Virus record (IMG/VR): IMGVR_UViG_3300045988_123843
Coordinates: 5,414 to 37,413 of that record
Reading direction: 5' to 3' (one strand)
Length of the DNA stretch: 32,000 nucleotides
Source: a virus
Part shown: positions 8,927-17,614 of the stretch, piece after piece
Layout: the number at the start of each line of letters is the position of its first letter
How positions within the stretch are numbered: the stretch's first letter is position 1
Notes under the pieces: generated by a model
What the model was told of the DNA's origin: nothing
The model's database searches: none
What the model saw: only the letters and a program-made list of their open reading frames with translations
Translations under genes and position numbers: made by a program

Positions 8927-10516
8927 ATGATTCATTTATTCTTTTCTAGAAAAAAAACAACTTATGCACAAATGAAAGAACGTAATGGAGATGTGATTTT
9001 AAAACATTGTATTAGTGCTAAAGCAGTGTTTGAAAGAAATTCTATTTGGTGCGTAGAAATAGAATTCCCAAAAAGTGATTTGATGGGTATGGAAATCAGT
9101 GATGAATCCGTGTTTAAAGTTGACATAAATTTTGAAGAACCACAGTTATATAGAATTGTGTATCCAAAATACAACAAACAAAAAGATACATATACATGCT
9201 ATGCAACACATGTGTTCTTTGATTCTCAAAAAGAAGTGTTTGTGTTTGATGATCGTACTATGAGTGGTACGTGGCAAGATGCAGTGAATACCGCAAATGA
9301 TATTATCACAAATTCACGGCCAAATTATCCTTATAAAATTTATGGACATGGGGGATATGCAAATTATGCAAATGTTAATGCAGAGAATGAAAAAATCGTT
9401 TATTTCCAAAATGTTCAGAATAGTGGGTATTGTTTGGATGTTCCAAATGCCAGTGAAGATGCATCTATACAATTACAGATATATCAAAGAAACAGAACGT
9501 CTGCACAGACTTTCATGTTGAAAAAAGTAGGGTCAGACAAATATGGAGATATATATGGAATTTTATCTTTATGTTCATGTAGATGGCTTAAATTGGATTC
9601 AGGAAAAGTTGTGTTAGGTAGTCTATCTGAAAGCCCATCAGATGATTCTGAAAAATGGTGGTTCATTAATAATGGTTCTAACTATGAAATCGCACCGTAT
9701 GGAAACATATATTATGGTATTTGTTCTAGTTCAACAAGTATTGGAAATGGAAACAAAGTTGTTGTTGTAGATAGAGGTACTGCCGAAGTTGGAAATACAT
9801 GTAAATGGATGATTGAAGATGTGGATTCCACACAAACTGCATATTGGGTTCGATATAATCTGATTCAATGTTTGTTTGGAACAGAAGAAAATTCTATGAT
9901 GAATAGATGGCCTGAATGTGAAAATAACGGATTTGTTGCGATGTTTAACAATTATGATTGCTACTTTGGAAATCCAGATTATTATGCTTCCAATTTGAAG
10001 CCAAATGATTTCTTTATAAGTAATAAAGAAATGTCTGAATACACTCAGAAAAAATCAATGGAAAATGTAGTTACAGGAATCATACCTAAAGCGTACAATG
10101 GACGCATTTTACCAAATCACGAGATTATCAAGGCTAGTAATTGGGATACGAATGAAATTCACAGAATTGATGTGAAAGAATATTCCGATATCAAATTGAT
10201 TGCGGATGATTCACAAGCAAAGAAAACAACATTGGGCGTATTTACAAATGAAGCGAATTTTAGAAACTATCTTAGAATACAGGCAAAAAAATCTTTGGAG
10301 AAAGAACTGCAAGAACCAAAAACAGAAACTTCTATTAAATTTGAAGAACTATTTTCATCTAATGTGCCTGATGCACAGATGTTAAAGTTAAATGATTCGA
10401 TTTATGTAGAAACTGAGTTTGGTAAAAGGGAAAAATTTTATTTAAACAAACTGACATATAACTTGATCACAGCACTTCCCGAAGATCTGGATCTTGTATT
10501 AGAAAGTGAGGTATAA
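8927..10516 (+). CDS. Tail-associated protein (Tal / prophage-tail family) with inserted ricin-type beta-trefoil lectin domain
   Basis: 529 aa after Dit. The central segment (~9400-9830) shows three trefoil-like repeats ending in AQTFML, EKWWFI and CKWMIE. Confidence 0.55.
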   Translation: MIHLFFSRKKTTYAQMKERNGDVILKHCISAKAVFERNSIWCVEIEFPKSDLMGMEISDESVFKVDINFEEPQLYRIVYPKYNKQKDTYTCYATHVFFDSQKEVFVFDDRTMSGTWQDAVNTANDIITNSRPNYPYKIYGHGGYANYANVNAENEKIVYFQNVQNSGYCLDVPNASEDASIQLQIYQRNRTSAQTFMLKKVGSDKYGDIYGILSLCSCRWLKLDSGKVVLGSLSESPSDDSEKWWFINNGSNYEIAPYGNIYYGICSSSTSIGNGNKVVVVDRGTAEVGNTCKWMIEDVDSTQTAYWVRYNLIQCLFGTEENSMMNRWPECENNGFVAMFNNYDCYFGNPDYYASNLKPNDFFISNKEMSEYTQKKSMENVVTGIIPKAYNGRILPNHEIIKASNWDTNEIHRIDVKEYSDIKLIADDSQAKKTTLGVFTNEANFRNYLRIQAKKSLEKELQEPKTETSIKFEELFSSNVPDAQMLKLNDSIYVETEFGKREKFYLNKLTYNLITALPEDLDLVLESEV

Positions 10517-10517
10517 C

Positions 10518-11114
10518 ATGGCAATTGTATATAATGATTTAACCGTTAGTTTAACGAAGCCAAACGACAACTTGATTGTTGAAATGGTAAGAGCTGATTC
10601 GGGACGAGGATTAAGAATATTTGTCAGTGATGATGTGATTACTAGTAATAGCTCAAATGTTGATGAATCTTTGCATGCGATTTTATGGACTAAAAAGCCG
10701 AGTGGATTAATGGTTAGCATTGGTTCTACATCTGTATCAAGGTTTGAAAACTCAAATGCATACGAAATTGAATTTTCAGATACAGAAGCTTTTCAAAATA
10801 TCTTAGCAGAATTAGGAATTTGTGAATGCCAGGTGACATTAGAATCTAGTGGAACATTTGTCACAACTTTTAATTTTAAAATTAAGGTTGTTGATAATCT
10901 TGCAGCGCAGGAATCGTTAGAATCGACTGAAGAATACAAATCTATGATGGAATTGGTTGCGAAAGCAAATGCATATAAAAATGAATTAGAAAATTATGTG
11001 GCTCAATTTAAAAATCAACTGAAATTAACAGTTAATGTTAGATATGGAACTTCAGATCCTGTTGTACAAGATGGTGATAAAGTTGGAGATATCTATATCA
11101 AATATGAGGAGTAG
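10518..11114 (+). CDS. Baseplate / tail-fibre protein, BppU-N-like (tentative)
   Basis: ATG 10518 lies 6 nt after GTGAGG. There is an Ig-like N-terminal region followed by a coiled-coil. Position is downstream of Tal. Confidence 0.35.
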   Translation: MAIVYNDLTVSLTKPNDNLIVEMVRADSGRGLRIFVSDDVITSNSSNVDESLHAILWTKKPSGLMVSIGSTSVSRFENSNAYEIEFSDTEAFQNILAELGICECQVTLESSGTFVTTFNFKIKVVDNLAAQESLESTEEYKSMMELVAKANAYKNELENYVAQFKNQLKLTVNVRYGTSDPVVQDGDKVGDIYIKYEE

Positions 11115-11117
11115 TGT

Positions 11118-12164
11118 ATGACTGTTTTAGCGACATTACCATATAATCAGTATTTAATACTTACGTTTGAATCTTACAATGAGCGATATGAAGGTTCATA
11201 TCCGAATTTAAAATTTAAAGCGGATGTAAGGTTTAAATATACCGGAAACTTCAAAATCCAAGCAAACAATGTTGTTAGACTTGGAGGACTATCTAAAACT
11301 ATTTCAAGATGGGATTTAAATTATATCCAGGATTCAGGATGGTATTATCTAGGACAAATCAATGAACCTATGTATTGCAATAGACAACGTTCTTTTGAAT
11401 GGGATGCGAGTTGTCAGGGATTTCCTAATTTATCAGGAAAAGCAAGATTGACTACGCCTAAGATTGATTTGCCAACGTATGAAGCAAAGATATTGGATAT
11501 TAATAGTACCTCAATTTCTATTTATGGAAGGTTAAAAACGAATCCTTATAATTTGTATACTTTGCGTATTTATTCAAATGCAGCACAAAAATTTATTGTG
11601 GATAAATTAAATGGAACACATGTTGTAAGTGAATTGAAAGGTTCAACAAATTATGAATTTCATATTGAACCTTTTATGGCCGACTGTTCCGGATCACATT
11701 TACTTCAAACAGTATTAAAAGCAACGACACTAGAAGACTATAAAAAAATATCTGTTACGAGTGTAGATGTAACTATATCTCATATTGATGATAAGTATGA
11801 TAAAGCAGTGTGCGTTGCACATACAACGGATGATGCACATGTTACAAAGAGTCATTGGGATTATGATGGTATGGGAAGTGATTTAACTTCAGATAATCTT
11901 ACAAAGGAATTTAAAGTGCCGAATGGGAATGAGCGTAGAATGCTTGTTTATGTAACAGATACTTTGGGAAGAACGAGTGATTGGTTTTACTTTAATATTA
12001 TTGCGTCTGCATCTTTTAGAGAAGTATGGGTGTTTGATGGAAATAAATGGAAAAAAGGCAAATCACTTATCTTGAGTGGTGATGGAAAAACATTTGAAAA
12101 ATGTAGAATTTATTGTGATACAGGACTTGAATGGAAAGGTGCAAAAAGATACGGAGAGGATTAA
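11118..12164 (+). CDS. Tail fibre / baseplate structural protein (unknown family)
   Basis: 348 aa, beta-rich sequence, located in the tail-tip gene block. Confidence 0.35.
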   Translation: MTVLATLPYNQYLILTFESYNERYEGSYPNLKFKADVRFKYTGNFKIQANNVVRLGGLSKTISRWDLNYIQDSGWYYLGQINEPMYCNRQRSFEWDASCQGFPNLSGKARLTTPKIDLPTYEAKILDINSTSISIYGRLKTNPYNLYTLRIYSNAAQKFIVDKLNGTHVVSELKGSTNYEFHIEPFMADCSGSHLLQTVLKATTLEDYKKISVTSVDVTISHIDDKYDKAVCVAHTTDDAHVTKSHWDYDGMGSDLTSDNLTKEFKVPNGNERRMLVYVTDTLGRTSDWFYFNIIASASFREVWVFDGNKWKKGKSLILSGDGKTFEKCRIYCDTGLEWKGAKRYGED

Positions 12165-12166
12165 AA

Positions 12167-12460
12167 ATGGAAATTAAAAGAGATCATATTTTAATAAATC
12201 AAGGAGATACAATCTATACAGATATTTTAATTAAGTATAAGAATGGACAAGTGTTTATTCCTGGTAAGGATGATTCTTTAGAATTCATTATTTATAAAGA
12301 TGGCAAAGAATATATCAGAATTCCTATCGATGAATCTTTGAAAGTGATTTGCCAAACGGATGAACTTTCTGTTGGTGTTTATAATTGGATGGTTCGTATT
12401 GATGTGAATGGAATTAAAGAAACTCCGTTAAAAGGGATTCTTCAAGTGAAAGGAGACTAG
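12167..12460 (+). CDS. Small structural protein (unknown)
   Basis: ATG 12167 preceded by GGAGAGGA. 97 aa, beta-rich. Confidence 0.3.
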   Translation: MEIKRDHILINQGDTIYTDILIKYKNGQVFIPGKDDSLEFIIYKDGKEYIRIPIDESLKVICQTDELSVGVYNWMVRIDVNGIKETPLKGILQVKGD

Positions 12461-12462
12461 AA

Positions 12463-14115
12463 ATGGATGGATTGAAAGCAAGACTAAGTTTTGATGCAGT
12501 TGCTTATGATTATGATGACGAATATCTTACGATTGATACAGATACACATATAATTAATATTAATAATTTATCTCGTCTGTTTGGAGTACAATATGATGGA
12601 AATTCTAAACTAATTAAATTTAGAATCAGTAACAAATTATCTGATATTCAAAAAATGCAAGATTCAATTGTATATATAAATTGGATTGATTCAAAAGGGG
12701 TTAAGGGTCAGTCCATTGCGATTGACAAAACAATTAGTAATGATATTTGTGAATTTGCATGGAAAGTACCATTTGATGCCTTGAAAAACTCAAGAGTTTT
12801 ACATTTTGCGATGAGTGCGGTAATTACTGAAAATAGTTCGAGTGTGATTGATCAAAAATGGTCTACCCAAATCGCATCTGTAATTATACCTGATGGAATT
12901 TATATTAAATCGTATACTCCTAGTAGTGAAGAAGAGGATAGAATTGCACAAATCTATAACGAATTATCAAGAATGATAAATAAACAGAACGATGATTTAA
13001 AAGCAGATATTGATGTTGAACGTAAGCGTATAGATGTATTGAATGATGGCGGATTAATTATTAAAGATGAGTTAATTGAAAACATCATCAAAACATGGCT
13101 TGTTGAACATCCGGAAGCAACAACAACTGTACAAGATGGTTCAATAACAGAAAATAAGCTACATACAGAATTATTAGATAAACTTAATAATTCGTATAAT
13201 GCTATTAGTTTACAAAAAAAAGTTAATAAACATTCAAAGTTATATTTTTCTGAGCAGGCTTTGGTTTATGGAGATTATACAAATACAGTTAATAAATGTG
13301 TTGATGCTGGTATTAAAAATGCTCATATTTATGTTGCTCTTAATTATGATGAAGAAAGTGGAACACTTGTACCAGACAATGAAATTAGTAATTTAGATCA
13401 ATATTATGCATTTTGTAAATCGAAAGGTATTGTACAAGACGTTCTTAAAATTCATACAAATGAATCAACTAAAAAATTATTATCAGAAAATGAAACATTA
13501 AGAACAAAATACATTAATAAAGTAAATGAATTAATTGAGCATTTCAATGTTGATAAAAATTTGAAAATTGTTTATATATTGAATGAATGTGAAGTTGTTA
13601 CATTAAAAACACAATTTGATGATTTTGTAAAATCTGTAATTGATGCAATTCACACAAAGAATTTAAAAGCTGGTATTTCGTTCAGCGGTGAAGCTAATGC
13701 ATATTATTTCACTAGAAATTTACCGTTATCATATGATAGCATGGATATTATTGGTATTAATGCATATCCGGCAATTCATAGTGGTGAATACGCATCTATT
13801 CAAGATTCAATAAATGTATGGGATGGATATATGTTATATATGGAAAAAGTAAAGCAAGATGGTAAGCTATTAGCAATTACTGAAACTGGATTATGTCCAG
13901 CTTGGAGAAATTTACGTGTTCCTTATCATTGGGAAAATCCAATGTTAAGTGGAAATAAAATAGATGAATTTGTATTGCAATTATATTTATATGGTTTATT
14001 TAATAATAATAGAATAAATACAATGTGTGATTCGATTTGTCTATGGTTTGCCGAGTATATTCCATATATGGATTCAGTCATTAAATTTATAAAATTAACA
14101 TACATAGGAGGTTAA
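12463..14115 (+). CDS. Tail fibre with C-terminal clan GH-A-like glycoside hydrolase (putative polysaccharide depolymerase)
   Basis: 550 aa with an N-terminal fibre-like region and a coiled-coil. The C-terminal half has YILNECEV (Asn-Glu acid/base-like) and LAITETGL (nucleophile-like) about 100 residues apart, as in TIM-barrel GH-A enzymes. Confidence 0.45.
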   Translation: MDGLKARLSFDAVAYDYDDEYLTIDTDTHIININNLSRLFGVQYDGNSKLIKFRISNKLSDIQKMQDSIVYINWIDSKGVKGQSIAIDKTISNDICEFAWKVPFDALKNSRVLHFAMSAVITENSSSVIDQKWSTQIASVIIPDGIYIKSYTPSSEEEDRIAQIYNELSRMINKQNDDLKADIDVERKRIDVLNDGGLIIKDELIENIIKTWLVEHPEATTTVQDGSITENKLHTELLDKLNNSYNAISLQKKVNKHSKLYFSEQALVYGDYTNTVNKCVDAGIKNAHIYVALNYDEESGTLVPDNEISNLDQYYAFCKSKGIVQDVLKIHTNESTKKLLSENETLRTKYINKVNELIEHFNVDKNLKIVYILNECEVVTLKTQFDDFVKSVIDAIHTKNLKAGISFSGEANAYYFTRNLPLSYDSMDIIGINAYPAIHSGEYASIQDSINVWDGYMLYMEKVKQDGKLLAITETGLCPAWRNLRVPYHWENPMLSGNKIDEFVLQLYLYGLFNNNRINTMCDSICLWFAEYIPYMDSVIKFIKLTYIGG

Positions 14116-14119
14116 TATT

Positions 14120-14815
14120 ATGATATTAAGAGCAAGACCAGCAGTAAATGGTTATTGGAATTTTGCAAATATTTCAAAAAAAGATATGGTAGGAGATATT
14201 TTTCATGACCGTATGCCTATTAATATTGATGTTGGAGATGGAAGATCATATAAATATTTTATTATATATAATGAAAATGAACTTAAACTACGTGGAGTTT
14301 ATGCGAGCGATAATAATAATATTTTGTATTACAAAGAAGATAGTGAAAATGGATTATTGTATTTATATTTAGAAGTTGGTAAAGATGTCGAATATGTTGT
14401 TAGAATGGATGATTCTGTATTTAATGGAAACATTGTAAATACTTTTAGTGGTGCATTTGGTGTTGAAAATGTAGATGGATTAATACAAGCTAATAACACT
14501 TATTTTCAAACAGCGGATAATTATCTTAATAATATTGTTGGTAGTGATGTTGCTAAAGTTTTAGAAGCACAATATACAAGTGCAAAAGGCTATATGGCTA
14601 AAACACCAGATATTAATAATTTATCATATGGATTGCATTACTACGATGGTTGGGATGTTGTACCAAAAACTGGTGTAGCACCTTTCACACAATCATCTGG
14701 AGTGTGGTTTAGATTAGGACTAAGCGCAACATTTACGGTTGATTTAGTATTTAAAATTAATGATGCACATGTATATATTTCACAAGATAAAGGAAACACA
14801 TGGATACATTCATAA
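14120..14815 (+). CDS. Hypothetical tail-associated protein
   Basis: 231 aa. It is the last gene of the tail block. RBS GGAGG lies upstream. Confidence 0.3.
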   Translation: MILRARPAVNGYWNFANISKKDMVGDIFHDRMPINIDVGDGRSYKYFIIYNENELKLRGVYASDNNNILYYKEDSENGLLYLYLEVGKDVEYVVRMDDSVFNGNIVNTFSGAFGVENVDGLIQANNTYFQTADNYLNNIVGSDVAKVLEAQYTSAKGYMAKTPDINNLSYGLHYYDGWDVVPKTGVAPFTQSSGVWFRLGLSATFTVDLVFKINDAHVYISQDKGNTWIHS

Positions 14816-14892
14816 TACTAGTTAGTTAACTAAATAAGAAATTAGTAAATTGTTGCATTTAAATAGGATGAAAAGTTGAAAGGAAAACGAAT

Positions 14893-15186
14893 ATGAGTGG
14901 TGAATATCTTAGTGTTATTATTTCTGCATGCATGCTTGTAATTGCATTTATTACGTATAATCGTGGCACACGAAAGATGGATGGAGAGCAAATATCCAAT
15001 ATGGCATTTTTGAAGAATGAATTGGAACATATTAAATCGGATTTAGGTGATATAAAGGATTCAATTTCAGAAATAAAAAAAGGAAGCAATTCAATGGAAG
15101 TGGAGCTTTCAGAACTAAAACAACAAATAAAAACTTTGTTTAATCGGGTAAAAGCGTTGGAGCATCCTAATAAAAATGGATATTAA
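14893..15186 (+). CDS. XhlA-like membrane protein (N-terminal TM helix plus coiled-coil)
   Basis: TM helix SVIISACMLVIAFITY. The coiled-coil HIKSDLGDIKDSISEIKK resembles the XhlA haemolysin family. It sits upstream of the lysis genes. Confidence 0.4.
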   Translation: MSGEYLSVIISACMLVIAFITYNRGTRKMDGEQISNMAFLKNELEHIKSDLGDIKDSISEIKKGSNSMEVELSELKQQIKTLFNRVKALEHPNKNGY

Positions 15187-15409
15187 AGATGCAAACAAGA
15201 AACTTCAAAATGTAGAAGAAAAAGTAGATAACATTTATGGTTTTTGCTCAAAATTAATTGAAAGAAACTATAAAACAAGTAGAACGATTATTACGGTTTT
15301 AATCCTAGTTATTATTGTTCTTTATTCTACTATTGTTTGTTGTGGTTATTGGAAAGATGATCATGTGAATAATTGTTCTTGCGAAGCTAATTCAAACCAA
15401 CGAATTTAA
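15176..15409 (+). CDS. Small membrane protein (coiled-coil plus C-terminal TM; holin-accessory-like)
   Basis: 77 aa with TM helix TIITVLILVIIVLYSTIVCCGYW. It overlaps the previous gene. Confidence 0.35.
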   Translation: MDIKDANKKLQNVEEKVDNIYGFCSKLIERNYKTSRTIITVLILVIIVLYSTIVCCGYWKDDHVNNCSCEANSNQRI

Positions 15410-15417
15410 TTAAGGCG

Positions 15418-15651
15418 GTGGTTTATATTAACAAAGCTAACAGATTAAAAGAGATACGTCCTAATGATGCATTAATACTTATCAAATCTGTTGGATTAAG
15501 AAAGAAATATGAACAGATTTTGATTATGAGATATGTATATGATATGTCATGTACCGAAATTGCAGATGCATTACATATGGAAGTACAAACCATAAGGAAC
15601 AGAGTATGCAAAGCAAGAAAAATGTTCGATAAATATGTGAGCAATCTATAA
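15418..15651 (+). CDS. Sigma-70 region-4-only HTH protein
   Basis: LRKKYEQILIMRYVYDMSCTEIADALHMEVQTIRNRVCKARKMF follows the ECF/sigma-70 region 4 pattern. Start is uncertain: GTG 15418 lies inside the SD-like AAGGCGGTG. Confidence 0.55.
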   Translation: MVYINKANRLKEIRPNDALILIKSVGLRKKYEQILIMRYVYDMSCTEIADALHMEVQTIRNRVCKARKMFDKYVSNL

Positions 15652-15670
15652 TGGTTGCTCATTTTATTTT
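15637..15670 (+). terminator. Intrinsic terminator
   Basis: GTGAGCAA / TTGCTCAT stem with a 10-nt loop, followed by TTTTATTTT. It overlaps the stop codon. Confidence 0.6.
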
Positions 15671-15752
15671 GGGTATTTTATGAGTATTATTCGAGTATTA
15701 AATTATTTGTTGCGTAACCATATAATTAAAGCGTAATAAAGAGGTGGTTTAA

Positions 15753-16193
15753 ATGTATAACAATTATAATCCAGCACAAGCACGAATTGACAGTTTGATG
15801 CAGCAAAGACAAATGATAGATCAACAAATTCAGCAAGTACAACAGTATGCAAATATTCCACCTATCAACATTAATAATCAGATTACACCACAACAACAAG
15901 GTAATTTTGATTTTAATGGAAAATGGGTGAACGATGAGCAGGAAGCTAGAAACTTTGCGAATGCAAATTTACCAACGATTTTATTTGATAACAATAAATC
16001 TATTTTTTATATGAAATCTTTAGATGGAACATTTAAAAAATTTAAATTTGAAGAAATCACGGAAGATAATTCTAACAGTATTGAAAATCGTGTAAATGGA
16101 ATCGAAAAGAAATTAGATGATTTGATATGTGCATTAAGCAAACCACCAAAACAAGCTAATGAGCAACCAAAGAAAGGAGCACAAACAAAATGA
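15753..16193 (+). CDS. Q/N-rich protein of unknown function
   Basis: 146 aa. RBS AAGAGGTGG lies upstream. It has a Gln-rich coiled-coil N-terminus and a small globular C-terminal part (GKWVNDEQEARNF...FYMKSLDGTFKKFKFEEI). Confidence 0.5.
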   Translation: MYNNYNPAQARIDSLMQQRQMIDQQIQQVQQYANIPPININNQITPQQQGNFDFNGKWVNDEQEARNFANANLPTILFDNNKSIFYMKSLDGTFKKFKFEEITEDNSNSIENRVNGIEKKLDDLICALSKPPKQANEQPKKGAQTK

Positions 16194-16432
16194 ATCCTTT
16201 AAAAAGTATTATGGGTAATATGAATCCAATGAATATGATGAATATGGGAAATCCCCAGCAAATGTTAATGAATATGTTGTCACAGAAAAATCCACAAGCA
16301 TTTCAACAATTTCAAATGCTTATGAACAGTGGTCAAAATCCACAAATGATTTTAAATCAGATGATGGGTAATTTAAATCCACAACAAAAGCAACAACTTC
16401 AACAAATGGCAAAACAGTTTGGAATCAGGTAA
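16190..16432 (+). CDS. Met/Asn/Gln/Pro-rich 80-aa protein of unknown function
   Basis: ATGA overlap with the upstream gene (translational coupling). By hand count it has 16 Met, 17 Gln, 13 Asn and 6 Pro in 80 residues, with six NP-containing repeat units. Confidence 0.5.
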   Translation: MNPLKSIMGNMNPMNMMNMGNPQQMLMNMLSQKNPQAFQQFQMLMNSGQNPQMILNQMMGNLNPQQKQQLQQMAKQFGIR

Positions 16433-16473
16433 CAACGGATAAACCGTTATTATAGAAAGAAAGGAGAACATAT

Positions 16474-17097
16474 ATGATGGAAAATGGAATGGGAATTCAA
16501 CCAACTTACAACTTAGCTGAAAGAGATGACGGCTTTGGAAACGGCGGAGGTTGGTGGATTTGGATCTTGCTAATCTTCGTATTATTTGGATATGGAGGAT
16601 ATGGCAACGGAAACCTAACAAATGATTCTTTATTAAATGAAGAATTCATTAAACGAGACATTTTTAACACAAACACAAATGTATCTCAAACAGGTTGTCA
16701 AACTCAACGTGATGTATTAGAAAGTCGCTATACTAATCAGTTAGGACTTCAAAACTTGCAAGCTCAGCAACAAGAATGTTGCTGCAACACTCAACGAGCA
16801 ATTGACAATGTAAATGCTCAAAGTTTCAAAAACACTTGTGACATTACAACAGCAATTCATTCAGAAGGTGAAGCAACACGTGCGTTGATCAATGCAAACA
16901 CTATGCAAGAATTACGTGATCGTTTAGCTGATCGTGACCGTGAATTATTGACGGCTAATTTCCAATTAAGTCAACAAGCACAATCAGCAAACATCATTAG
17001 TACTTTGCAACCAACACCAAAACCAGCTTACATTACATGTTCACCATATTACGCTTATAACAACGGATGTGGATGTAATGGCTACAACAACTTATAA
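16474..17097 (+). CDS. Membrane protein with YjcZ-like G/W/Y-rich helix and Cys-rich Q/N-rich ectodomain
   Basis: RBS AAAGGAG. Features are the TM segment GGGWWIWILLIFVLFGYGGYGNG, a CCC triplet (QQECCCNTQR) and the C-terminal CSPYYAYNNGCGCNGYNNL. Confidence 0.5.
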   Translation: MMENGMGIQPTYNLAERDDGFGNGGGWWIWILLIFVLFGYGGYGNGNLTNDSLLNEEFIKRDIFNTNTNVSQTGCQTQRDVLESRYTNQLGLQNLQAQQQECCCNTQRAIDNVNAQSFKNTCDITTAIHSEGEATRALINANTMQELRDRLADRDRELLTANFQLSQQAQSANIISTLQPTPKPAYITCSPYYAYNNGCGCNGYNNL

Positions 17098-17138
17098 TCT
17101 AGCACATATGTGATTAGGCAATTGCCTTTGGATTTAAC

Positions 17139-17168
17139 GGGATAGTCGAAAGGCTATCCCTATTTTTA
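17139..17168 (+). terminator. Intrinsic terminator
   Basis: GGGATAGTC-GAAA-GGCTATCCC stem with a GNRA loop, followed by TATTTTTA. It is preceded by a small AGGCAATTGCCT hairpin. Confidence 0.65.
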
Positions 17169-17185
17169 ATAGGAGGATAAAAGAA

Positions 17186-17605
17186 ATGATTAATAGTATT
17201 GCTACGGCTGTTCAGACAGTCGATAATTCAAATAATGTATTGTTTCCTACAGATCGTGTAAGAAGCAAATCATGCCAGTGTCCATGTAAAGGATGGTTGG
17301 CACATGATCTAGGAAGTGGATTGTTTACACTAACAAAGCCAGGTATCTATGAAGTAACTTATACTGCGGATATTACGAGTGCAGCGGCAGGACAAGCTTC
17401 TTTAGTGCTTGAACTAAATGGAGAAGCAATTGGTGGAACACAATCTATTTATACTGTTGCAACTGCAAGTGCGTATGGAAATGTAAGTGGAGACACTCTA
17501 ATTCAAGTTCCATGTGGCGCATCTTATACAATTGCATTAGCAAATAACAGTGGTTTAGATCTATCTGTCCAAAATGCAAACATTATCATTAAAAAGATTG
17601 CGTAG
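17186..17605 (+). CDS. Stand-alone C1q/TNF-like jelly-roll protein resembling the BclA exosporium C-terminal domain
   Basis: 139 aa. FTLTKPGIYEVTYTADITSAAAGQASLVLELNGEAIGG...IALANNSG...NANIIIKKIA follows the BclA_C / C1q pattern. There is no collagen repeat, signal peptide or fibre stalk. Confidence 0.45.
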   Translation: MINSIATAVQTVDNSNNVLFPTDRVRSKSCQCPCKGWLAHDLGSGLFTLTKPGIYEVTYTADITSAAAGQASLVLELNGEAIGGTQSIYTVATASAYGNVSGDTLIQVPCGASYTIALANNSGLDLSVQNANIIIKKIA

Positions 17606-17614
17606 GTGAAATAT

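Noticed and set aside
15700-15745. CATATAAT upstream of the Q/N-rich gene as a possible mother-cell (SigK/SigE-type) sporulation promoter
   Set aside because: The match to CATA-N3-TA is imperfect and no convincing -35 element was found. This is too weak to call without transcript data.
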